Shown piece after piece: positions 13,110 to 25,260 of a stretch of DNA of 64,000 bases. Position 1 is the first letter of the stretch, and each line of letters begins with the position of its first letter. The position numbers were made by a program, and so were the translations under genes. This DNA is from Tubulanus polymorphus (taxonomy: Eukaryota; Animalia; Nemertea), in the NCBI RefSeq assembly GCF_964204645.1, contig NW_027437438.1, positions 88,001-152,000 of the forward strand, in the 5' to 3' direction. Below the pieces are notes generated by a model. It had not been told where the DNA came from and did not search any database. It saw only the letters and a list, made by a program, of their open reading frames with translations.

Positions 13110-13259
13110 CTAAATATATTAGATCTAGAGCTAAGTATATTAGATCTAGAGCTCCAGTGAGTTTCCAGTCGGCTCCGGTCGGTTTCCAGTCGGTTCCAGT
13201 CGGCTCCAGTCGGCTCCAGTCGGTTCCAGTCGGCTCCAGTCGGTATTTAGTAGGGGCGT
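13110..13259. repeat. Putative Mutator-type terminal region with 10-bp (CTCCAGTCGG)n repeats
   Basis: Tandem CTCCAGTCGG/TTCCAGTCGG ending in GGTATTTAGTAGGGGC, abutting an unrelated Gypsy integrase; a similar terminus recurs at 34012-34062. Confidence 0.55.
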
Positions 13260-15320
13260 TCTCGGGTGGTCCACTCATCAACCATTTTGCGGGCAACTGT
13301 GTGAGCTTCGTCGTTTCGTAGAGGCCATGCCTCTGGCCACTTCGTGAAAGCATCTTGTGCTGCTAGTATATAGCAGTTCCCTTTTCTGGTTTGACGCAAG
13401 GGACCAATAGTGTCGACATGTATTCGTTGGCCACGCCTACCAACAGGTGTTGACACAGGTGCTTTAGGCATTTTCGCAGGTGATTTACATTTGCCACATG
13501 TTCTGCATTTTTGTAAAAAACGTCGCACCATGCCCGTTAGTCCCATTGCCCATAATCGTTGCTTTGAGCTTTGTTTTTGTAGACCCAACCCTTGACCCAA
13601 TTCAGTGATTGCATTTTCGGCGGTGCTCGATGGGAGAACTACACGGTGTGATTGATTTGCGGAACCTGGTAGTGGTTTGAGGACTAGTAAACCATTTTGA
13701 AGGTGTAGACGCTCAAACAAACCAAACAAGCTCCTCAACAATCTGCCACACTGTTGTAAATCATGTCTTGGGGGTTTACCCTTTCCACCCGTGCTTACCA
13801 ACTGGATTTCTGGATGTCTGTTGGACATCTACTAGGTCCTGAAATGTTAACTGTATGGGGGCGCCCTTTTTAATTAGGTTGATACCTGGTGATGAAGGTA
13901 GACCTGTATCCCCACAGCTTCGGGCAATCGCCATGTTTTCGTGCTCTCCTTGGTATTCTAGAGAGCCCATCAGCGTTACCATGTAGCCTGCCAGCTCGAT
14001 GTTCAATTTGGAAATCGTAGTCTTGAAGTCGTTCCAACCACCTAGCGATTTGACCTTCTGGTTCCTTAAAAGTGTTGAGCCATTTCAACGCAGCATGGTC
14101 CGTCGAATGAGTTTTGGTCGCCCTTGAAGATAATGGCGGAAGTGTTCAACCATATCCAACATTTTTCTGCGAGTCGCACAATAGTTTTCTTCGCCCTACC
14201 CCATACGCAATGGCTATTTCGGTGCCGTCCAGTTGCTGCTGACTGAGGACTCCCCCTGTTGCGAAATTGCTAGCGTCACAGTCTATAAGATAAACTTACC
14301 CGCAGTCGGTAAGAAGTCCGGAAATGCCAATACTGGGGGTTCAGTCAGCTTCCTATTTAAATCTTGGAACACTTTCTCTTGTAGTGGACCCCATTTGAAA
14401 ACTTGATTTTTCTTCAAGAGAGTATTAAGTGGAGCAGAGATGTTAGAGAAGTCATCGATAAATTTTGAATAATACGTTACCAGACCCATGAAACTGCGCA
14501 CGTCAGTGACGCTTTGTAGTATAGGCCAATCAAAAACTTTGGCGCACTTATCCGGGTCAGTTTCGAGACCAGCTCCGCTGACAATATGTCCAAGAAATTT
14601 AATTCGCTTCTTCAACAGGGAGCATTTGCTCGGTTTCAACTTCAAATTTGCCCTCGAAAAACATTTGAAGACTTGGTAGAGTCTAGGTGTGATGCCAGAT
14701 CACATCATCTAAGTAGATTAAACAGGTTTTCCAAGCAACATTATCTAAAGCCATGGACATAAGTCTCAAAAAACAAGCTGGTGCATTACACAACCCAAAA
14801 GGCATTATGTTCCATTCGTATAGATGACGCTCTGTCGTGAAGGCAATTTTGGGTTTGTCTGACTCCTTAATCGGCACTTGCCAATAACAACAGTCTTCTC
14901 CACAGTCAATGTTACATCCAAATTTGGTCAGGAAGTTATTACCCAATAAGCAGTCTTGCGTAAGGTCGTCTAAAATAACCATCGGGACTATGAACTCTAA
15001 GCCACCTATACCCACAGTTACCTCAGCAATCCCCCGTATACACATATCCTGCCCATTTGCAGTGGTAATACTACCATTTACTGGCGCCATGGTGTAGGTC
15101 GCGCATAACAACGATTTGTCTGAGTGAAGATGTTAGCTACATAAAAGCAATCCTATCGTGAAATTATTAAAAGTCATGTCAGTCGATAAACTTGGTTTCG
15201 TCAGTAACCGGCACTGGCCTCAAATTTGAAGAACTTGTGAGCTTCTGTCCTGGTCGATTTCCTCCCTACTTGATAGACCTTTAAGCTTCGCTTTTTTCAG
15301 TTAAAACGGACATCTTTATT
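13260..15320 (-). mobile_element. Degenerate Ty3/Gypsy pol remnant with internal deletions
   Basis: Protease C-term (DCLLGNNFL), RT (YWQVPI, MPFGLCNAPACF, YLDD, KLKPSKC), RNase H (EPEGQIARWLERLQDYDF, HGNADGLSR), integrase (CRTCGKCK, IHVDTIGP, DAFTKWPEA). Confidence 0.92.
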
Positions 15321-15334
15321 TAAAACCCGATTCA

Positions 15335-15395
15335 GGGGTGGTTGGCGCGCCCAGTCTCTCCAACCTTAGGAGAGACTGGGCGCGCCAACCACCCC
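15335..15395. repeat. Perfect 27-bp inverted repeat with 7-nt loop
   Basis: GGGGTGGTTGGCGCGCCCAGTCTCTCC aacctta GGAGAGACTGGGCGCGCCAACCACCCC. Confidence 0.95.
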
Positions 15396-17189
15396 CAGGG
15401 GCACGATTCCCTCACGGGCCTAATGTCTACTTAACAGACTTTTAAAGTTCACACTTTTTTCAATTGAAACAAACATTTTATCTAAAATTTGACTCTTGAA
15501 CAATTGCTTACCCCAGTCTTTCTTACAGAATTGCATGCAGAGCTGAGCTAAAAGCCTACACAGTAGATCTCTTGGTATTTTGTGTTAACGGACATGTATC
15601 TACGTTCACATCTGCATCTCCGATATCGTGCGCATATGTTTAGGGAGACTTAATACAAAGTGGCGCGCTCTATCGGTAGCAATCATTGGTCGAACGTCTC
15701 TTTAATTCCAAAACCAGTTGAGGAGAATGCTGAATAGTCTATTTTCGATGACATGAGGCGAATATCTATTTATCTTATATCCATGCTCTCGACTCGCAGG
15801 TTGGCCTTTATCGGTTGTAACGCGTTGAGTATCGAGCCTTATCTCGGCCTATCTGACTCTACTTTCCCCTGAGTAAAAGTGTTTATTTGATATTTATTGT
15901 AAATGCGAGTAGAGATCCGAGAAGTGATCCAGACTGTGACAGACTGCCAAATTAACAATAAACTATCCAAACTGTGATGACACTAATTATATAACTCTTT
16001 TGATTACTAAATGAATACTGTTTATAACAACAACCTGTTTCTACTCATATCGTGTATCACTCAAATATAGTATTTTACAGATAATCTTAAGATACGTATA
16101 CATAATGATTATTTCACTATGTAAAGAAAAAAAGATTTAACGCATCGAACAGATCGCTTGTATGCAAGCTAGAGAACGCTCATTTGATTCACTTTCACTG
16201 ATCACTAGGTATCATCCGAACACGGATAGTATCCGACAGTAACCCACGAAACACTGGAAATTGATCCAGTTTAACACGACTCTAAGACCTATATTAAAGA
16301 AACCATCCAGAATACAATTTAAACGCGGGAAACACGGGAAAATCTCAATCTAAAATGCTGTACTAAGCATTGTGCAATATAGAAATCTTCTATGAACGAG
16401 GTGAAAATCATAAGTCTCCAGAGACTTTGCTCTACAGAAAAGTCCCTTAAAATCACCGAAGATATGTAAATGTTGCTATACCTTTGTGAAACTGGTTGTT
16501 GTGTTGCTCTGCCTCTATCGGTCCAGCGGTCCTCCCAGATACTATCACACAAGTCCACAACTGGGGCTCTCACCAATTCATCAATTTCATTTCAGGTTTA
16601 TTATGCTGATCCTTGGCACCTATTCTACACCTGCGACTTGTGCACCACTGGTCTGGAACGAATTCGCTAAACTAGGTACTGGTCAGAATGACACTTCTTT
16701 GTGGAATTTTTGTTTCATCGATGATAATTCCAGAAGTTTTATTTAATTGAATTTCTACTTTCTTTTATAGTTTATTGTTTGTGTCAGTTTTTTTTACAGT
16801 ATGTACATCAGGGTAATGAACAAGAACATTTTCGCGGTAGATCAAATTGAAATTGATTATGAAAGTTTTATTCCATGTAAAATGTTGAATGTTCATGGCC
16901 GATACCTTAAAATCTTCAGATCGAGCCCGCAATATCGGAAATGTCGGCGAGATAATGAAAACAAAGACGTGCGGAAACCGAAAGAATGTCCACATTGCAC
17001 AATGCGCGTATAGCGCCTCGATAAACACTTACCGTATTGCAAAGGAAGTTATGACATAGCTCGTGAGTTAATTACACTTTACTCATCACATATCTTGTTG
17101 ATTATCAATTATGATTAATGTGTTTTAGGGCTCTCTTCTACTGGCTGTATGGCGGTCTTACTGCTGCAATTGCGTGATATGTAACTATG

Positions 17190-17250
17190 GAGCTAAGTTG
17201 GTCTTAGACTGGTCTTAAGTCTAAGCCATGACTATGCAACTGGCCCCTGT
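17190..17250. mobile_element. Harbinger-type terminus (single end seen)
   Basis: GCAACTGGCCCC followed by TG, same end as at ~4386-4397, with subterminal GGTCTTA repeats. Confidence 0.45.
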
Positions 17251-18294
17251 ATTTGACTTTGAATAAGCCTTTGGATATTTCGAACAGATAGCTATGTGCA
17301 AAAATCAGAAGAACGAATAAATAGAGTAATCGTCACTATTAGATTCCCTAGACAGAGGAGGCGAATTCAGGTTATCCGCGTCTCTGTAGGCAAGCTGGAT
17401 GCTCACGGCGGGCAACTGATATTTTGATCAGCGCGCGCAGTGACGTCACGCAGAGCGTCCAAACTTAAAGGGTCCAAAGATCTATCTAAAATTTATCGTA
17501 TCAGCAAAGATCTGATCCTAAAACTACACACGACCAATATCTTTCATTTGGTACCGAAAACTTGTTCATGCATAGCGCACAGACCGTACCAACTCGTGAC
17601 AAAGTTTCGCCATTTGTCTCCTATGCGTAGTATAGATGAAGCTCATGCATTCTTAAGATCACGCAATTTTAAGTTCAGGTAACTACCTGAGATATTTCGA
17701 TACTTGTTACATCAGAGAGTCGATTATCATTATCATTGCTTTCTTACTAAGTGCAAGCGAGGGAGACCGATAAATCAAATCCTCAACAGACAGATGAAAT
17801 TTTGAGCGCCGTACCAAACAAAAATGAAACCTGATTCAGAGTATCCGCAGCTACTGGCAGACAACATTGTCTCAAAGTTCATTTCCTGGAGCTGCGGATT
17901 ACAAAATGTTGACACGAACGCTGCATCTCAAAGAAGGCAGCGGATTCGAGATATGCTGATCGCAACACAGTTTACTTTAAACGAACGTAAACTAAAAGAA
18001 TATCTAAATTTTTGATGTACGTCGAGTCTGTAAGTAAATACTTATCAATCACGCAATCGTCGACATTTTGAAATCTGCATCATATAGGCCTATATACATT
18101 AATCTTTCAATAGGTCGAGGTATCAAACATGAATCAAACAGCGGAAATCGTCAGTCGATCGCACGCGAGCACAGTGAATTGGACCACGATCGGCAAAAAA
18201 GACGAAGACAAAGCGATAAGCAATTGATAGACAGTGGTATGTTGATTCAAGCATTTTTCATAGGTTAAAATGGATTGACAGTTTTTTTGCTAAA

Positions 18295-18590
18295 TGGAAC
18301 CTCCTTACATTGAACTTCACGGGACCAGACAATCTGTTTGTTATAACTGATAGTTCGCTATATCCAGTATGAAATAAATAAAAGTTGCTTACTTGAGACA
18401 AAATTCTTTATTTGTTATAACCAATAAATCGTTGTATCGGAGTTCGTTATAACAAGGTTCCACTGTAATGTGCGTATTTTATGAACTTAGTTATAACGAA
18501 CTCCGATACAACGATTCATCGGTTATAACAAATATAGAATTTCGTCTCAAGTAAGAAACTTTACTTTATTGGATATAACGAACTATTTCT
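18295..18590. mobile_element. Tc1/mariner-type MITE fragments (two, inverted)
   Basis: Terminus ...GTTATAACAAGGTTCCACTG-TA at ~18468, multiple GTTATAAC motifs; 18484-18590 is an inverted partial copy of 18350-18455. Confidence 0.6.
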
Positions 18591-18899
18591 GAGGAGGCTT
18601 GAATCATCTGACCTTGATGTATGTATCTATCTTGATCTGATACCCGAATGGTCATCACATGAAAAGTTCGGTGGACGATGAGGAGTGTCCTGTTACTTTG
18701 CCAAAAAAATCTGACCTGAATCCGTGGCCTTAGCTTCTTCATGGGTTGAGACTTTTATCTTTAAAATCATTCAGGTTTTTGATCAAATTAATTTCCACAA
18801 AATTCGGTAACCATCTTAGTCTCATTGGTTCTCATGCATAGATTTAAATAATCATTTTTTTCAGCATAACAGGTTATGATTACTTTCGTTATTTTCACC

Positions 18900-20460
18900 G
18901 TCCGACATAGATCTTTGTAAAGTGTTGCAATACCGGAAGAAACCGCCACCGAAAAGATATCAGGCGGAGTTACAGTCATACGATGTTGGATCCCCCATGG
19001 AAAGAGTAGCGGTCGATATCATGGGCCCTCAGCAGGAAACCACGGCAGGGAACCAATACATTATAGTCATAATGGACTACTTCACAAAATGGGTAGAATG
19101 TTACGCTGTACCGGACATCGAGGCCAAGACGGTAGCTGACAAACTTGTGACCGAATTCTTTAGTCGTTTTGGAGTGCCGAGGGAGCTGCACTCAGACCAG
19201 AGCTCAAACTTCCAGTCCCATCTCTTCCGCGAAATTTGTACCCTACTGGGGATCCACCAAACCAGATGCAGCCCCTACCGTCCTCAAAGCGACGGTATGG
19301 TGGAACGCTTCAATCGGAGCCTTAAAGCGATGTTGTCTTTAACAACAACTGACGACCCTTTTGATTGGGACTTACAACTTCCCTACGTCTCGATGGCCTA
19401 TCATTCCGCCCGGCACACCACTACAGAAGCGTCACCGAACTACCTGATGCTTCTGAGGGAGATCGATCTACCCATAGATCTGATCGTCGGACTTCCTCCG
19501 AAAGACCGGTATCCATCCATCCATCAACGACTACACTGCCAGCGTACAGACCCTAATGGAAACGGCACAAAGAGATGGGTCCTGCTAAAGTACGAAACTA
19601 CGAAATATGAAACGAAATTACGAAATATGGAGCGAAATTACGAAACGAAACGAAATAACGAAACTACGAAATTACGAAATGGAAATTTTTTTGCCAGTAG
19701 TGCTTAAATACGAACCGAAATACGAAACTAAATGGTCACATTTCAAACACACGCCCATACTATGGAGAAACGAGGTATTAATTTTTTAGGCTAAACACTG
19801 CAGGATATATTTTAAGGCACACTTCGTTCTCTAACCCGTAATTTATTAATCGCTACCTTCCAGTTGTATATGAGCATGCGCAGATCATTCTCCCTGATGG
19901 CATCGCTAAACTCAGTCGCGGCACGGAACCCTGCCACACTAGACCGGGTGCGCATGTTTAAGCCAGCTCCACGAATCCGTTGCTATAGCGCCAAAATTTT
20001 CGTTTCGTATTACATTTTATACTTTAGCAGGACCCGCGAAAAAAAGGCCATTTCGTTTCGTAGTTTAGCATTTCGTATAGTTTTTCGTTTCGTACTTTAG
20101 CATTTCTTAATTTCGTTGCATATTTCTTAATTTCGAAGTTTCGTACTTTAGAAGTAACCCACAGAGATGCTCGGAAGGCGCTCCTGAAAAACCCATCGCG
20201 ACGGAAAGCACTTTACGACCAAAAACGTCACGGGAAGCCGTACGACGCCAGCGACCAGGTTTGGCTCTTATCAACCCAAATTGACGGACGGAAATCCAAA
20301 CCGCAAACTCCAGTTGAACTGGACCGGGCTGTATACTGTAATAAAACGACTGAATCAGACGCCCTGTATGAGGTCCAGGACAAGCTGTCCAGCGCTCCTT
20401 AGATCGTGCACTTCGATCGACTTAAGCCGTATTTAGGAGTGCAGTACCGATCTCTACTGA
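18900..20460 (+). pseudogene. Gypsy integrase (5'-truncated), interrupted by a MITE
   Basis: ERVAVDIMGP, DYFTKWVE, HSDQSSNF, PYRPQSDGMVERFN; after the MITE continues AHRDARK...YDQKR...DQVWLL, WTGLYTV (GPY-like), VHFDRLKPY. Confidence 0.92.
19577..20160. mobile_element. Mutator-type MITE with ~9-bp TSD
   Basis: Ends GGGTCCTGCTAAAGTACGAAACT / AGTTTCGTACTTTAGAAGTAACCC, ACGAAA-rich subterminal repeats, flanks CAAAGAGAT / CACAGAGAT (1 mismatch); removal restores integrase coding. Confidence 0.85.
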
Positions 20461-20630
20461 CGAGCCCGGAACTCAGACGAAATGACGATGACAGACGATA
20501 CAGAGACTAGTCGTAAACCCAGGGGCCGTACCTGCTGAAAACGCCAACGCCCAGATTATCTCTACTTGTAGGCACTGTCTACTGTTTTAAACAGCAAAGT
20601 AGTCAATCGCTCTTTGTTCTTTTATTTTAG

Positions 20631-21900
20631 GTCGTCAAATTTCAAATGTCATGGTTGTCGGGACCATTTCCGATCATTAGAAAACTTTGAGCGCCATGAA
20701 AATAAGTGCGAAGCGGTGACACACGAGGGCGTAAAGTACGAGTGTAAGTGCGGCCGAATCAGTGACGGGGCGACACACTTCGACGCCACGCTAGACGTCA
20801 CCATGGCACTTCACAGTGCGTAGTAAAGATCGCGGAGGAAGGGTGGGACCAGCCGCCAGAGATCAGTATTGAGTGCGCAGGAGACAAGAGGAAGGTGGAG
20901 TTAACAGGTGCGGATCGTGAGGAGAAGAGAGGGAAGAAAAAGTTAGAGAGGAAGGTAGAAGGTGCGACGACGGAGATTAAGGAGAAAGAGAAGAGGAAGG
21001 AAGAAGGTGTGACGACACCGATTAAGAAGATAGATGAGAGAAAAAAAGAAGGAGAGACCAAAAGCAAAGAAAGAGGAAAGCGTGGCGAATGAAGAGAGAG
21101 GAGCCGGAGATGGAACAGAATGACTTGACAGCGGCAGACACTACAACCATTGTTGAGGAAATCACCCCTGACGGCACCTCGAACGATGTAGAAGCTGAAG
21201 AAGTCGGCAAACCAGTAGATGTCGCGTCTGTAAAACCCGGGAGAAGTTTGATCGAAAGAACTAGTTACGGAAGAAGGAGAAAACTGATGATAAAGAGGAG
21301 CCTGGAACTTAGCCGTCGCGCGAGAAAGAGACGAGCTGGGAAAAAAGAAGAGGTCGGAAGAGGCGCGCAAGGCAGCAGTAGAACAGCGGAGGAGGGTAGA
21401 AGAGGAGGCAAGAGAGAAGAGAGAGACCGAGAGACCGAAGGAGGCTAGAAGAGAAACGAAGAGAAGAAATACAGAGCTTGGAGAAAGGAACGAGAGAGCC
21501 GGAGAGCGTACCAGCGTACTCGCCATAAATACTCGGCGCGAACTGTCAGACTTGGTGGGGAAACCAAACCCCAACGTACGTGCCGACGGAAATTATCAAG
21601 CAGTTACCAAAGGCCGATGTCTCGGCCCTTATACAGCCGGCGATAATCGAGTTAGACGAGCCGCGGCCGGTGAAAGAGAATAGATGTAACCCGGAATCGA
21701 GAAGGGTGCTTGCACATGTACACCCGACCGTCCATGGCCGCCCGGCTACTTTCCGGGAAGTTCCGGGAGTACCTGTTCGATGCCCCTTCTGTCAAAAGAG
21801 GGCCCGCGCTTCGGGGATCTCCTGGACGCCACCAGCCTGAAGCTCGTCGCAGCCGTTTTCAGAAGTCCACGTCCATCCACTCGAGACCGGGGACATGATT
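20631..21900 (+). pseudogene. Accessory ORF downstream of Gypsy pol: two zinc-finger-like motifs plus charged coiled-coil region
   Basis: Splice-acceptor-like TTCTTTTATTTTAG at 20630, then FKCHGCRDHFRSLENFERHENKC and YECKCG...(frameshift)LRRHARRHH, E/K/R-rich region, C-terminal RCPFC. Confidence 0.55.
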
Positions 21901-21958
21901 ATCTTCGGTTTCGACGACGCCCCGATCGACTGCGTTGCGTGCCAGCTGGAGGAACGTT

Positions 21959-22166
21959 AATTGTCATCCGTTGAAACTGATTGTCGTCCGTTGAAACTAA
22001 TTGTCGTCCGTTGAAACTGATTGTCGTCCGTTGAAACTAATTGTCATCCGTTGAAACTAATTGTCGTCCGTTGAAACTAATTGTCGTCCGTCCGTTGAAA
22101 CGTTGATCGTCCGTCCGTTGAAACTGATTGTCGTGCGTTGAAACTAATTGTCGTCCCTTGAAACTA
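21959..22166. repeat. 20-bp minisatellite, ~10 copies
   Basis: AATTGTCGTCCGTTGAAACT repeated in tandem. Confidence 0.95.
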
Positions 22167-22550
22167 AAATTTTGGGGCTTATTTTAAATCACCTTTCTCC
22201 TGGATTTCACCGCTCCCTGTTTATTGTGTATATATATGTATCCTGTTTAATGCCTTTTGTTTATCCATATTAATTCGTCGAAACCGCGTAGCATCGTTAT
22301 GAAATGTCCGTTGTAAATAGGTCGATGTTTCGCGTCCAGTTATTCCGGGCCCGCATCTATTCATTTTAACCCTTCTGGTTGAATTGTATTTAATGTGATT
22401 ATTTTGTATACCTTTCGGAGTGCGGGGTTCGAACCCTTCTTAATCTATTTTTTTTCCTAGCACATATTCTTTGCTGATGTATAGCATTTATTTACCGTTT
22501 TTATCATTATTTGTTGTGTTGTTTCTTTCTCGTGTCCGCCGCGACCTCTT

Positions 22551-23044
22551 TGTAGCCGGCGCGCGGTTGCCCGGCTCCGCCCTCATTGTCACTGGAACTC
22601 AGCCAACCTCGAAGTCACGTGGCACGCGTGACCAATCACGCGTGTCCGAGCTTGTTCCAGCCAATGAGAGCGCAGGGGACAATCGCGCTCTATAGAAGGC
22701 GAGCAGCGCGCGAGATTGAACAACAAACCGTTCATTCGGACTGTCCGGGTTACTTCAAGCGCCGCCAGAGTAGAACGCTAAGTCGATATCAGTTACGCTT
22801 TCCAGCTTAAGTAAAAAAAATGTAAGAACCGTCGTCCGCGTGTCCCCGTGTCCACCTCTGGACACCCGGACCGCGTATGCTCGCCTTGTGATAGAACATG
22901 TAAATAGGTTATTTGCCGCCCGGATATTGTCCCCGGGTTCATTGCTTATTGTTGTCCGGCCGCGGTCGACGTTGTCCCCGGCGGACATGGTTGTCCCCGG
23001 AACCCGCGGATTCGTTGTCCGGGAGCCTAGTGTAAATAGTTAAG

Positions 23045-23048
<4 letters not shown>
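22551..23048 (+). promoter_or_regulatory. LTR-like (U3/R-like) CpG-rich segment, probably 3' LTR of the plus-strand Gypsy
   Basis: Two CCAAT motifs and TATA-like CTATAGAAGG downstream of pol; no partner LTR or clear PPT seen. Confidence 0.35.
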
Positions 23049-23112
<64 letters not shown>

Positions 23113-23149
23113 CTTAACTATTTACACTAGGCTCCCGGACAACGAATCC

Positions 23150-23208
<59 letters not shown>
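23007..23208. repeat. 42-bp perfect inverted repeat around (TA)n, followed by a second (TA)n tract
   Basis: 23007-23048 is the exact reverse complement of 23109-23150. Confidence 0.95.
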
Positions 23209-23211
<3 letters not shown>

Positions 23212-25260
23212 CAAACATTGATACATGTATGTGGATTACATAATAAGTTAAGGTTGCCTGAGTATATAAACTTTCTTAAGGAATTTCGAAAGGTTTGAAA
23301 AATCATTGTTATTACGCATTAGAATAGAAAATTTCGCTGTATTTGGGTTGTTCCGGTATCTCGAGTTGATATATTCTAACCTAAGGTTATCATAAAACGG
23401 ACATATCAAAACGATATGATATTCGTCTCCAACTGCATTAATATTACACCGGGAGCATGTGCGGTGAGCATACGGTAATGGGGGTCTCGTCCATCTACCA
23501 GTCTCCACTTTTAAATCATGACTTGAACACCTAAATCTTGCTATAGTAGTTCTAATAAATTTTGACATGTCCAGATATGGCTCATACATGATAGTCATTT
23601 TATAGTCCCGATAGTATAACGCTTTCTTAGACGTAGATATTGCGTTAAACCAATTTTTACAATAAATATCTTTCATACGTTGTTCGACTGAACGGATAAA
23701 CCACAATTCGTTTTCTACCCTCTGATTAATCCAGAATTCCCCATATCCCAGGCTATTCAACAGATCCCTAACTTTTGATGCCCAATTTACTATGTTAAGT
23801 GAACCTTGACACTCGGTGAACATGAAATCATAAACTCTTTTTGCAAATTTTTCAAGTTTTGATTTAGTGATCTTTAGCCAGTATTTCAGTACCTGTAGTC
23901 GCTGGTTAATAAACAGTGGATATTCACCTAATTCCCCATACACAAAAAAGTCCGGTGTGGTCTGTTTTACACCCAGTAGAGATTTATAGAATTTAAGAAC
24001 AATGCGCCCCAATTTCTTCTCTACCTGAAACCCCCATATTTGACATCCATAGTTTAAGACCGGTACAACCATGGCGTTAAAGAACTTGAGTGCTAAGCGT
24101 GTTGCTATGTTTGGGTAGCGTAAAAGATATTTGCGAAATGTGAAATACGCTGCTTTTCCATTATTTGCTAGCGAGTCTATAGTTTGAGTAAATTTTCCAT
24201 TAAAATTTAATACCAAGCCTAGGTATTTGAAATGACTCACACATTCAAGTACTCGACCGTTAATTGTCCATTTATATAACCGAGTTTAAGCAGATTTCCT
24301 AAATATAACTATTTTTGTTTTATCATAATTTATCTTAATATGTTTGGTTTCACAATAGATATAAACATTATCGAGCGCCACTTGAAGAGAGTCAGGAGAA
24401 TCAGCCAGCACTACCGTGTCATCAGCATGTATGAGTAATAATAGTTTCAGAGTTCCCATATCAATTCCCTCATAATTTCCGGATTTCACACAGCTTTCCA
24501 TATCATTGATAAAGAGACTAAAAAGTAAAGGTGATAGACATTCACCCTGTCTGACCTCTGTGTCACAAATGAAATAATCAGAGTAATGGTTTTGATATCT
24601 TACACGTTATTTTGTGGACATATACATAGATTTGATAATACATAATATTTTACCCGAGATCCCACTCACAGAGAGTTGTTGTAGCAATAACGAGCGGTCA
24701 ACCAAATCAAACGCCTTCGAAAAATCAATGAAGGCCGCGTATAGTTTGCAATTCTTGTTTAACAGGTGATTTATAACCGAATTCAATACAAATATTTGGT
24801 CCGTTGTACTATAAGTTGGCCTTAAGCCAGCTTGCGCCTCCGATAGAACAGAGTATGCCTCACACCATGAAGTTAATCTAGTATTCAAAATTATTGAGAA
24901 GAGTTTGCCAAATACCGACAAGATGGTTATGCCCCTGTAATTATTTGCTGAATTGTTTGAACCACCCTTGTGTAGTGGAACAATATAGCCAGTGGTTCAT
25001 GATTCGGGATAGCGACCACTATCTAATATAATATTAAAAAGAATAGTAAGTTGAGTAACAATTGGGTTGCCACCAGCGATAAATACCTCGCCTTTTATAC
25101 CATCTATTCCTGCAGATTTATTTCTTTTTAGCAATTTAAATGCTCTATTAACCTCCTCCAATGTGATTTGCTGATCAAGTATGTGATCAGATACTTCGAT
25201 ATCAACATCCAGTGGAGGGCGATCTTCATACGAGATACTAATAATAATGTATATTTAGAA
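23152..25260 (-). mobile_element. Non-LTR retrotransposon (LINE, RTEX-like) RT remnant, 5'-truncated
   Basis: NYRGIT, QAGLRP, FIDFSKAFD, QGECLSP, HADD, FKYLG, and C-terminal FRCSSHDLKVETGRW...CSRC...DEYHIVLIC; (TA)n tail; stops and frameshifts. Clade call is tentative. Confidence 0.88.

Noticed and set aside
17760-18015. Coding-like fragment MKPDSEYPQLL...
   Set aside because: No diagnostic motif recognised; cannot assign.
20798-21574. 258-aa hydrophobic minus-strand ORF
   Set aside because: Antisense shadow of a purine-rich, charged plus-strand region.
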